From Heteronotia binoei (taxonomy: Eukaryota): a DNA stretch of 64,000 nucleotides. The position numbers and the translations under genes are program-made. This document shows, one piece after another, positions 50,680 through 62,000 of this stretch. The number at the start of each line of letters is the position of its first letter. The first letter of the stretch is position 1. A model generated the notes under the pieces. It searched no databases, was not told the DNA's origin, and saw nothing but the letters and a program-made list of their open reading frames with translations. The stretch covers positions 40,672,001 through 40,736,000 of the forward strand of contig NC_083237.1 of the NCBI RefSeq assembly GCF_032191835.1. Reading direction: 5' to 3'.

Positions 50680-52431
50680 GGATCTTATGGCATCATTACG
50701 GGTGAGAATAATGGGATCCCTGTTTTTCGTTCCATTGACTTTGTTAAATCAGAAGCTCAAACGCTTCCTCCATGCCCGGGCCCTTATCGACTCAGGGTGT
50801 ACAAAGGAGATCATCACTCCAAAATTAGTAGATGTTTTGGGGTTGGTACGGAAACCCCTTCCTCGCCCGATCCAGTTCAAGCAGATGGACGGGTCGGTGA
50901 TGAGAGGGGAACCGTGCGTGGAAGAAGCGCAGAGTGTGCCAGTAGGGATAGAGGACAATTGGGACATAGAAGTGTTTGTGATCGCCCCCTCGTCCTCCTT
51001 CGACATAGTATTGGGAGTCGGATGGCTGGCTAAGCACCAACCGGACATACAGTGGATCAAACTATAGACTTTACCGATAGAAGGTGTAAACACCACCATT
51101 GGCTGGAAAGCTGGGGACCTACCCCCCCCCCCCAAAAAAAATGAGAAAATGTGTGTGTCAGTGGAGGAGGTTTGGTCCATCCCTCGGGAGCACCGAGACT
51201 TCCGCAGAGTGTTTAGTGAGGAGGCCAACAAACTTCCCCCCCACCGGAACATGGACTGTGCGATTGAACTAATCGCCGGTCAGACACTGCCCAAAGCCAA
51301 GCTGTACTCAGTGGGGTCGGCCGAGAAAGCGGAGCTGCGGAAGTTTATAGACAAAAACCTAAAACGAGGTTTCATTAGGCCGGCCACCGCTCCGCACGCC
51401 ACCCCAGTACTCTTCCGGAAGAAGAAGGACAGAAGTCTTAGACTTTGCACTGACTTCCGCGGGATAAATGGGATTTCAATGTCCAATGCCTACCCCATTC
51501 CCTTGATCAAAGATCTGCGGCGCACAGTGTCCAAGGGGTCCATATTCACCAAGCTGGATCTGAGGGATGCCTACTTTAGAGTACGGATCAAGGAGGGAGA
51601 CGAGTGGAAACGGCATTTAACACTCCGACGGGGCAGTTCGAGTATCTGGTGATGCCATTCGAACTACAAGGGGCCCTGGGGGTGTTTATGAACTTTATCA
51701 ATGAGGTGCTGAGAGAGTACCTGTACAAAGGGGTGGTGGTGTACCTGGATGACATCATTATTTATTCAAAAGATATAACCTCTCACATCCAGTTAATGAG
51801 GAAAGTGCTCACCACACTGTATGAACACAAACTGTATGCAAAATTGTCTAGGTGTGAGTTCCATCAGACGGAACTTGACTATTTGGGCTTCCAAGTGTCG
51901 GGGAAGGGTTTAGCCATGGACCCTGCCAAAATCCAAGCAGTGCTAGACTGGAACCCCCGAGGACACATAGACAGCTACAATCATTCCTCGAGTTCACCAA
52001 TTTTTATAGGACCTTCATTCAGGGGTTCGCCCAAGTAATGCTACCACTAATGGACTTACTAAAGACCAAGGGGAAGGCACCTGAGGCGAAAACCCCCGGG
52101 GCAAAGCTAACATGGACTCGAGACTGTCAAAAGGCATTTGAAAAACTTAAGAAGTTATTCACAAGTGAGCTGGTATTAACCCACCCTGATGAACTTAAAC
52201 CCTTCGTGGTGCAATGTGATGCGTCCGATATGGCTGTCGGTGCCATATTAATGCAGAGAGATGAGGAGGGGAGGTTAAGACCCTGTGCCTATATTTCTAA
52301 AAAGTTTTCCCAGGAGCAGCGCAATTGGTCGGTGTGGGACAAAGAAGCATTTGCAGCAACTTTTGCGTTGAAAACCTGGCGGTCTTGGCTAGAGGGGGCA
52401 AGGGTGCCTTTCAAGATCTGGACTGACCATA

Positions 52432-54015
52432 TTTATTTATTTATTTATTCTATAATTTATATCCCGCCCTTCCCACAGAGTGGCTCAGGGCGGCTCACAA
52501 CAACGACAAAACAATAAAACAAGGTACAAAGTTAATACATTTAAAAGTCAAAACATTTAAAAAACCTAAAAACATTAAAATCTTAACATTAAAACTATCC
52601 AGTATATTTCACTAAAATCTGATAAGCTACATTTATCTAGTCGGCATAAGCTAACCGGAAGAGGGTTGTCTTACAGGCCCTGCGGAACTGAGTAAGATCC
52701 CGCAGGGCCCTCACCTCTTCCAGCAGCTGGTTCCACCATGTGGGGGCCATTATAGAAAAGGCCCTGTCTCTGGTTGTCTTGAGACGGACTTCCTTGGGCC
52801 CGGGGATGGTGAGAAGGTTTTGAGTCCCAGACCTCAGTACTCTCTGGGGAACGTGTGGGGAGAGACGGTCCTTCAGGTAGGCAGGTCCCAGGCCATATAG
52901 GGCTTTAAAGGTAATGACCAGCACCTTGTACCGGACTCGGTATGTTATTGGAAGCCAGTGCAGAGCCCGAAGGCCCGGCCAGATGTGCCCCCACCTTGGG
53001 AGGCCCAATAACAGCCGGGCCGCGGCGTTCTGCACGAGCTGCAATTTCCGGGTCCGGCACAGGGGCAGCCCCATGTAGAGGGCATTGCAGTAATCCAATC
53101 TCGAGGTGACCGTAGCATGGATCACTGTTGCTAGGTCGTCGCGGTCCAGGAAGGGGGCCAACTGCCTTGCCCGTCTAAGATGAAAGAACGCGGACTTGGC
53201 AGTGGTTGCTATCTGAGCCTCCATCTTTAGGGACGGCTCCAACAGCACCCCCAGGCTCTTGACCCTGTCCGCCGCCATCAGCGGCGCACCGTCAAAAGTC
53301 GGCAGGGGGATTTCCCCCCCCCCGGTCCACGACGGCCCAAACAGAGGACCTCTGTCTTCGCAGGATTCAGTCTCAGTCCACTCCGTCTGAGCCACTCAGC
53401 CACGGCCTGCAATGCCCGATCTAGTTTTTCTGGGGCGGAGACAGGTCGGTCGCCCATAAGTAGATAGAGCTGGGTGTCATCAGCATACTGGTGACACCCC
53501 AGCCCATGCCTTCGGGCAATCTGGGCAAGAGGTCGCATATAGATGTTAAATAACATCGGGGAGAGAACCGCTCCCTGGGGCACTCCACAATTAAGTGTGT
53601 GCCTCCGGGATAGCTCCCCCCCAATCGCGACCCTTTGTCCCCGACCTTCAAGGAAAGAGGAAAGCCACTGCAAGGCTAGCCCCTGAATCCCCGCGTCGGC
53701 GAGGCGGCAAGTCAGTAACCGATGGTCGACCGTATCGAACGCCGCCGATAGGTCCAACAACATCAGCACTGCCGAGCCACCCCGATCCAGATGCCATTGA
53801 AGGTCATCCACTAGGGCAACCAACACCGTCTCCGTCCCATGACCTGGGCGGAAGCCGGACTGGAGTGGGTCAAGGATGGAAGCGTCCTCCAGGAAAGTCT
53901 GTAGCTGCCTCGCCACTGCCCTCTCGATAAGTTTGCCTAGAAAAGGCAAATTTGAGACCGGCCTATAATGTGCCAATTGGGCCGGGTCTAAAGATGGTTT
54001 TTTTAGGAGGGGACG
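52432..54015 (-). mobile_element. Young 5'-truncated L2 inserted into the RNase H of element 3
   Basis: Near-intact RT ORFs (53278-54021, 52637-53395) joined at a homopolymer; GACCATA direct repeat (52425-52431, 54016-54022) restores WTDH|KNLEA. Confidence 0.93.
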
Positions 54016-55415
54016 GACCATAAAAATCTGGAGGCACTAACTGGCTGCAGAAAACTAACAGAAAAACAAATTCGGTGGGCTGGGTTTTTTGCAAAGTTTG
54101 ACTTTACTCTCAAGCACATCCCCAGCTCAAGGAACCTTTCGGCTGATGCACTATCTAGACTCCCTCAGCATGAGAGTCAAAGAGAGGAGGTGGTGGACTC
54201 TATCATTCCCCCCAGCATGGTGGCAGGTTCCATGACCACCCGATCAGGGAAAAAGCCCAAGGCGCCAGAACCGTGGGGAGGGGCACCGACTGATTGAAGA
54301 AATGGCGCGCAAGGGGGAGGAAAGACCAGACGGGCTGGAGAAGGGAACGGGAGGGTTTTGGTATCACGATGGGAAACTGTACGTCCCAAAAACCCTAAGA
54401 CGGGAGGTGTTACAGCATCGTCACTGCAATAAACTTTCTGGGCACTTTGGATACGTGAAAACATTGCATTTAATCAATAGACAGTTCTGGTGGCCACATA
54501 TGAAAAAAGACATTTCAGAGTTTGTAACTTCCTTCCCGGTGTGTATAATGGCAAATAAAAGGGCGGGGAGTCCCCGGACTCCTCCAACCCACTCCGACAG
54601 CGAAGCGCCCTTGGTTGGTAATTTCCATGGACTTCATAGTGGAGCTACCAGCCTCCCAGGGTAGGATGGTGATACTAGTGGTTGTAGACACAGTTTCCAA
54701 GCAAGCCCACTTCATTCCCTGTAAAAAATTACCCATCGCAAAGAAGTTGGCTTACTTGTTCTTCCAACATGGAGTTAAAGCCCACTCGTTCCCCGATAAG
54801 GTCATTAGTGACCGCGGACCGCAGTTTGTTGCCAACTAATGGCGGGAGTTTTGCAAACTAACTGGAATGGAACAGGGGCTGAGTTCTGCCTACCACCTGC
54901 AGACGGACGGACAGACGGAATGAATTAATGCTTTTCTGGAACAGTATTTGCGGTGCTATGTGAATTATCAACAATCCAATTGGGTAGAACTTTTACCATT
55001 TGCAGAGTGTGGGTACAACAACAGTCTTTACAGTTCCACCAAAACGACCCAATTTAAGATTGTGAATGGCTATGAAGGAAAGCCGTTCCCCCTCCTGCGC
55101 AACAACAACGAAACCCCTGCTATCACTTCCTGCCAACAGTGATGGAGGACGCTGGGAAAGGGGTGGGCAGTAATCCAAGACAATTTGGAAATGGCAAAAA
55201 GGGACTATAAAGCCCAATATGACCAAAAAGCACTACCCAAAGTAGGAAATTGAAAAGGGGAGTCCTATATTATTTGGTCCGCTGGAAGTACTTCCCTCCC
55301 AGCTGTGACGAATGGGTTAAATCAACGGACCTCAAAGCTCCTTTACTTTTTAAGAAGTTTAACCTACTGCACCCAGACAAACCCCGAGCAAGAGCTTGGG
55401 GGGGGGGGGGCAGTA

Positions 55416-55882
55416 TGTCAAGCAATGTTCATTATAAACTGAATGATTGATGTTTCTTTATTATAGTTATCAGAATGTAGAAATGTTACTAACCCTGAAT
55501 TCTGAACTGAGCTATGCACATCAAAGTAATAGAACTCCCCCCTCCCTTTTCTCGCCTCTACTAATAAATGCAAGAATGTGCCCTTTGAAGTACAAACCTT
55601 CGGGGACAGACTCTCAGGCTAGCAAGGCCACTCGGGACGCTATAGAGATAAGGAAGTAACTGGGGTGTGAAGATTCACACGTGAACCTTAGAATGTTTTG
55701 AGAATAGAGCTTTGTTTATAGAATCTTTGATGTGCCATCTTTAAGTATGCATTTCACTGCTAGTATGCATCAGTTCCAATACCTCGCTTGGATGGGTTAC
55801 TTGGATTATCAATAAAGCCAACTTTGTTTCATTAAATCAAAGACTGGTTATTTTGGAATCTCATTAACTCCCTTGATTGACA
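55416..55882 (+). repeat. 3' LTR of element 3
   Basis: About 96% identical to the 5' LTR by manual alignment. Confidence 0.95.
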
Positions 55883-56347
55883 CTCCCACTTGGGCAGCCC
55901 CAATAGCAGCCTAGCAGCTGCGTTCTGCACTAGCTGAAGTTTCTGGGTTTGCAACAAAGGCAGCCCCAAGTAGAAGGCATTACAGTAGTCCAATCTCGAG
56001 GTGATCATTGCATGAATCACAGCTGCCAGGTCAAGGAAAGGAACCAACTGTTTCACCCTCCTAAGATGAAAAAAAGGTGGATTTTGCAGTTGCTGCTATC
56101 TGGGCTTCCATCATCAGGGAGGCCTCCAATAGCACCCCCAGACTTCTGACCTTGGGTGCCATTGTCAGTGGCATCCCATCAAAAGCTAGTAAAGGGGTTT
56201 CCCTGCCCAGATCTCTGCGACTCAGCAAAGGACCTCTGTCTTTGTTGGATTCAGCTTGTCAGCTCAGCTTAAGACAATTAAAAAGGGATAGCAAAATATA
56301 CACAAGAGCACAAAGAGAAGCAAACATGCAAGGCTAATAATGGTAAA

Positions 56348-57200
56348 TGTGGAGAAACACCATCATAGAGTGTTGGTGCTTCATTGGCAGGGATCAGTAA
56401 ATTCCTCAGCAGGCTTTGTAGCCTCCCTCCAAACCCCCCCTCCTTTCCAGAGCCAAACCAACAACGCTAGGGGGAAAGTCTCCTAGAGAGGCAGGAAGTT
56501 CTTTTGTTCTTGGCATGTGCTAGGAGGAGGAGTTTTTCAGTTTGCAGCTAGTGCTCTGGAAGAGAGGTTGCTTGCCTGTGACCTCCTGCCTGTGGGGGAG
56601 GCCTGCTCAGGAAAATGAGGCCTCCAGGCAGTAAGACAAAGTAAGTCATCCAAAAGGGCAGGGCATGTTTAGATCAGGGCCAGCAGGATGCGTTTATAAT
56701 CAACTTTTCTTTGTTAGCCTGTGTGCTGTGCGGGTGCTGTGCTAACTTTTTAAAGGCAGCTGGTTTTGTTTTGTTTTTCTTTCCCTATCTTTTTCTCTTG
56801 TAAATAAATAGTTTTTCTGTTTTAAATGCTGGCAGTCAATCTCTGTACCACATAGATCCCCAGACCACTTTAGACCACGCTGTGTTAAGAAGGGGGCCCC
56901 AGGTGAAGGGGGGAAGGCATGCAGTTGGATAAGGTGCCAATCCTCCAGGGGTGCCCCAAAGAAGTGCTGAGGTCTCTGTGAAACCCAAGTGCAGGGTGGC
57001 AGAGGACCTTGAGGCCTGGCCTCATAGCGGGAGAGGGGGATTGGGAGTCCTGTTCCTCTCAATCTGAACCCCGGGACTGAGCAGGTGGTGGCAGCGCGCC
57101 CAAGGGGCAGGAGGAGAAATAGCTCCCTCCAGGAGTTGGCGACTCAATAGGGAGCTGACGGGACCGGGTCTGAAGGCAAAATCGGGCCGGTTCCGTCACA
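56348..57200. repeat. Solo LTR of an unrelated LTR family (853 bp)
   Basis: TGTG...CACA termini; 5-bp TSD GTAAA (56343-56347, 57201-57205); absent from the paralogous unit 3 flank. Confidence 0.7.
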
Positions 57201-58091
57201 GTAAAAAAGGAAAGAGCAAGGATAAGGATTAGGGTGGGTAATATTTATCTATCTAGAAGAAAGCGAGATCTGCTGAAGATCAATAAGAAATGACCTGCAT
57301 TTCAGGCATGTGGTCTGTATCCAGGAGAACATATCTGCAGACTCAGCTCTGGTCAGCTTAGTTATAGAAAAAAATTCTCCTCTGTAGCAGGGTGATATGG
57401 GTGCTTCATAACAATACTCTTGAAAAGTTTCCAGCAATGAACAATGATTTTGGCAGGGGTGATTGCTTTATCCAGGGGGCAAAACTTTGGCTGCTGATGG
57501 ATGTTTGGTTAAACTATTCCAAATGTTGTTTGAGGATCTGGCAATTGTTTTTTTTTTTGGGGGGGGGAACAGTGTTAGGTGCTGCTGGTCAGGCAAAGGT
57601 GAGTTGAGTTAATGAGGTTGATGGGATTAAGCCCAGGTGGATGAGGTTAGTTCTAGGAAGAGGCAGCCAGGCTTTGAAAGGCCTTTGTTATCCATTTATG
57701 CTTACATTAGGGAGGGGAGGAGGTTGCAGCAAAGTCAGACATCTTGACATTACACCTTTAAGAATCACTACATAGACATGCTATGAGATCTGTCAGCCTG
57801 GCATTCATTTTGTGTACCTTCTGATCAGGCTGAATTGTATGTGTGACTGGGCTGCAAATAAAATAAAAGTGCTACCCCTCGTTAAGAGGAGAGGGTCTTC
57901 CTGCTTACAAACAGAATAATTATATAGAATGATCACTCAGTTTAGTCCATAGGGAAAATACATGGTTTAGGGGGCTTTGTCCCCAGAACTTAAAATACAC
58001 AGTTCAATATATATGTTTGGTATAATTCAGCTGAGCTGTGCCAATATTTTGAAAACATTGCTTTCGAATCAATGTAGTTGAGATAAATAAC

Positions 58092-58117
58092 TATATATAT
58101 ATATATATATATATATT
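58092..58117. repeat. (AT)n microsatellite just 3' of the OR-4 stop
   Basis: Direct reading. Confidence 0.9.
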
Positions 58118-58134
58118 TCTAAACATCATTACCT

Positions 58135-59079
58135 TTATGGGAAGAGTTTCTTGTGCAAAATCCTCCCAAGAATATTTCTCAAAGCCTGCCTGACCTCCTG
58201 GTTTCTTAGGCTGTATATGAAAGGGTTGACCAGAGGGGGCAGCACAATATAGAGGAGAGAGGAAAATTTTTCCATACCTTTCTTTCCTTCAGACTTGGGC
58301 AGCATATACACAATCATTAAAGACCCATAGAAAATAGAAATGACAGTCAAGTGAGAGGAACAGGTAGAAAAGACCTTTTGTCTTCCAGAAGTGGAAGGGA
58401 TTTTGAAGATGGCCGTGATAACATATACATAGGATATTACAGTGAGAAGGAATGGAAAAAACACAAACATGGCAGCTACACTATAACCCAACAGTTTCAG
58501 CATTGTGGTATCACTGCAGGAGAGATCTAGGATTGGGAAATAGTCACAAAAGTAATGATTCATTTCATTGGGGCCACAATAATTCAGTTGCAACATCAGA
58601 ATGAGTAAGGGCAAAAAAACTGTAAATCCATTCAACCAAGAGGTAGCTGCTAACTGGATACAAGTCTGGGTCTTCATCATGGTAGCATAGTATAGTGGTT
58701 TGCAAATTGCCAAATATCTATCATAAGACATTGCACAGAGTAAACAGCATTCTGAAACTATCAAAAGAGCACAGATATACCATTGTGCGAAACAGCTGCT
58801 GAAAGAAATCACTTTGTTCCCAGTCAAGAGAGCTGAGAGCATCCTTGGAAATATATTGGAGGTATAGCAAAACTCCAGAAAGGAGATGTTTCCCAAGAAG
58901 AAATACATGGGAGTATGTAGCCGCCGCTCAAAGATTACCAGCAACAATATAAGAATGTTTCCAGTTATGGCCACAATGTAAATCACAAGAAATGTCAGGA
59001 AAAGAAGACTCTGAAAGTCAGTCAGGTCTTGAAATCCCAGAAGGACAAATTCTGTTATAGTTGTCTCATTTCCTAACAT
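58135..59079 (-). CDS. Olfactory receptor, class II, intact, 314 aa (OR-4)
   Basis: NET sequon and all OR motifs; acceptor tttttcaacag upstream of the ATG. Confidence 0.95.
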   Translation of the reverse strand: MLGNETTITEFVLLGFQDLTDFQSLLFLTFLVIYIVAITGNILILLLVIFERRLHTPMYFFLGNISFLEFCYTSNIFPRMLSALLTGNKVISFSSCFAQWYICALLIVSECCLLCAMSYDRYLAICKPLYYATMMKTQTCIQLAATSWLNGFTVFLPLLILMLQLNYCGPNEMNHYFCDYFPILDLSCSDTTMLKLLGYSVAAMFVFFPFLLTVISYVYVITAIFKIPSTSGRQKVFSTCSSHLTVISIFYGSLMIVYMLPKSEGKKGMEKFSSLLYIVLPPLVNPFIYSLRNQEVRQALRNILGRILHKKLFP

Positions 59080-62000
59080 CAGGATGTTCTGATATTCAGA
59101 TCCTGTTGAAAAAGTGAAATGCAAAACACATAAAAAAGTTTAATTGTGATCAGGGCTGTTTTGTTTTTGTTTTTAAAACCAGCAGGAACTAATTTGCATA
59201 TTAGGCCACACACCCTGGCATGACCATTATTTCACGCAAGGCTTTTTTGTCAAAAAAGTCCAGCAGGAACTCATTGCATTTTTTTTTATTTATTTATCTG
59301 AGATTTATATCCCGCCCTTCCCACTAGGTGGCTCAGGGCGGCTTACAACATGTAAAACTAACATAAGATATAAAATTAAGCATTAAAATTAACATTACAT
59401 AATTTATAGTTAAAATCTAAACATTTGTTATATACATAAAACATTAACATTATTAGGCCACATCCCTTGCCACATCCCTTGGCACCAAGCCAGCTGGAAC
59501 TGTGTTCCTGTGCATTCCTGCTCAAAAAAAGTCCTGATTGTGTGAGGGGATGTACTTTTGTGCTGTATGTGTGTGCATCTGCATGCATGCCTGAAAGACT
59601 TCTTGTGATCACTATTGGGACATGAAAGACTTTCAGAGAAGTAGTTTGATCCAGCCTGCCTGTGTTTCTCACTCCAGGTACTCCAAGGAAGTCTTCTATT
59701 CAGTAACTTCACAGCGTTAGCTCTACTAAACTGCCAAGATCTGATGGCATTGTGCTTGCCTGGGCTATCCAAGTCAGGGCAAAAAGATTAATACTTTCGA
59801 TATAGTAACTAAGGTATTAATCTAATCCTTTTCCTGAAGATAGAGCTTTTCTCTGTTTAAAAAAATCTTGTTGAAGCTAAGGAAGCTTCATCCACTCAGT
59901 CGTGCAATAATAAGGCACAGGACTTAATGGTATTTAGAAGAGTTACATAGGCTGATAACAGATGGACAGTTTAAGCCACCCCAGGGATGGCAGGCAAGTG
60001 GATCAAAAAAAGCAGGTACACATGCACACATCTGCCTGCTGTCCCCGTCCCACACACAGCCTGTCCTGGGCTGGTACCTAAATTCTGAGGTGTCTTCGAG
60101 GCATTTCCCTGGCTTTCTGGACAGCTAGGAAGTGCCTGGAGAGTGGCCAACAGCCACATGAGCACTCTGGATGCTCCTCCAGGGTGCATGCAGCCCACCC
60201 CTGTTCCGGGGGTGGGCCACAGGTGATCTCGAGGCTCCCGGCTACTCCTTTTCTGGCTGGCTCTCTTCCGGGGCGGCTTGATGCTGCCCTGAGCAATAGT
60301 GCTGCATCTTTCAAATGCAAAGCTATAACCTCTTCTTGGGTTCTCCTTGCTCATCCTATCAACAAGGGCTTTTCCTCTCTTTCCTCCCTGTGTCAGGAAT
60401 ATTCACCTGTAATTCTACAATTCTAAAATGTAGGTTGCTTTTCTGTTCTTCATCTTAAAATTATGGATGCAGAAGCGATGAGAGTTATTGAAGAAGCAGA
60501 ATATTAGTGTAAACACAAAGTATTCTTTCTTCTATGGAATTTCAGTAATCTACATGGCAAAGATAACCTGGGGTTGATTATGGTGCAGTGGTTAGGGCTG
60601 CAAAACAGTTTGGAAAAATGAATTTCAAATCCCCACTCAGTCATGAAACCCATTGTGTAAGCTGGAGCCAGACAAACTGGGGATGCTGTGAGTGTAAAAT
60701 GGGAGGCTGGAATCCCATGTACACTACTCTCAGCATCTTAGAGCAAGTTATGATTTAAAATGACTTGAGACTGCTCATTTTGAGGAAGTTTGGTTACCTC
60801 CATGGCTCAGAAATATCAAACTAAATCCTCACCAGAAACCACAAACTAATTATGCTGACACTGGTTTGCCTAGTTCAAACAACTGACTTCGTGGCTAAAC
60901 TGATATTTCACCTCAGGTCTACCAGCTCAAGTCTAGCACAAATTATTATATCATACATTCTTTCTAATATCAAAGGGCTGAAATCAGCTGCTTTCTCACT
61001 GACATTTGTGCAATGCAAGTAAGACGCAGCTCTTTCCCTATCTGAAGCTCATTTATCCATGCATACAGACTTTTTTTTTTGCATTTCATAAAACTCAACT
61101 CTGAACCTAATTACTATTTCCATAAAGGCAAATCTACTTCTATTTCAAGTAGACAGATATCCTTCATACATAGATTAATTCTAAGAAAAGGCTTTTTCAT
61201 CGTCATCTTGTTTTAAATGCTGCTCTCTTATTTATGAATGTTTCCTTCTTTTAACTAGACAGAACTGACAACAGCATGTTAAACAGAAATATTAAGCAAG
61301 GTGTGTTAAGAGGAGAAATAGATTTGCTTTTCAGAGGAGATTACATAATGCTGAGACAATGTATCAACCCAGTTCTTCTCACCTCATCTCCTTGACTCAC
61401 ATGCCTCAAACAGTGTGCCGGTTTTGATGTCCTGAATAGCATGTTTTATGGAGTATGATTCATTATGGTAGCAGTGGCTGTTCTCACACTGTATTTAAGC
61501 TCAAGAAATTGACAGCACATTTATCCTTCCCCTAATTAACATAATGGCACACTCAGTGTATGAGTTTTTATATCCTCTGTAGCAGATTTTATAGATTATA
61601 TTTCATTTTTTAAAAAATAAAAAAAATCCAGCTTTGTATTTAAGCTAAGGAAACCAATAATATTGCTATCTTTCCCCTAATTAATTGATGTAAACAAATA
61701 ACTACTACACCATTAATTGAACACCTACCCTTGAGGGACAATAAACCGTGAGTGTTAATATATAAATAACTGGGGACAGTTTATTTTTTAAAAGCTAAAG
61801 GCAAACTGTTTAGCCCTCTGGAATATAATGTCTTTTCAAAAAAACACAACTCCCGGGATGAATCCACCCAGCCTTTTCACTTCATCTCCATCAGTTCCCC
61901 TCCACACTACTTTCTCTGTCCCTCATGACTTTTATACATCCTCTGGCCATGGATTTGTTTGGAGGTCAAACTTGACCCCTCCTTCCTTTTTCACCAGCAG

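Larger units (their letters stand above)
50615..55400 (+). pseudogene. pol: pol of element 3, broken by stops, frameshifts, an L2 insertion and a deletion before the chromodomain
   Basis: ORFs 50615-51067, 51149-51652, 51604-52038, 52038-~52430, ~54022-55244, 55250-55450. Confidence 0.9.
48596..55882 (+). mobile_element. Ty3/Gypsy chromovirus (Sushi/Tf1 group) element 3, complete in outline, inactivated
   Basis: Two LTRs, 5-bp TSD CTCCC (48591-48595, 55883-55887), gag, protease LIDSG, RT YLDD, RNase H, integrase, chromodomain remnant, PPT 55398-55410. Confidence 0.97.
48010..56265 (-). mobile_element. Older L2 LINE split by Gypsy element 3 (pieces ~48010-48595 and 55883-~56265)
   Basis: Protein reads ...AARLLLGLPKWE | HIQPVLQELHWLP... 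across the Gypsy insertion. Confidence 0.88.
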
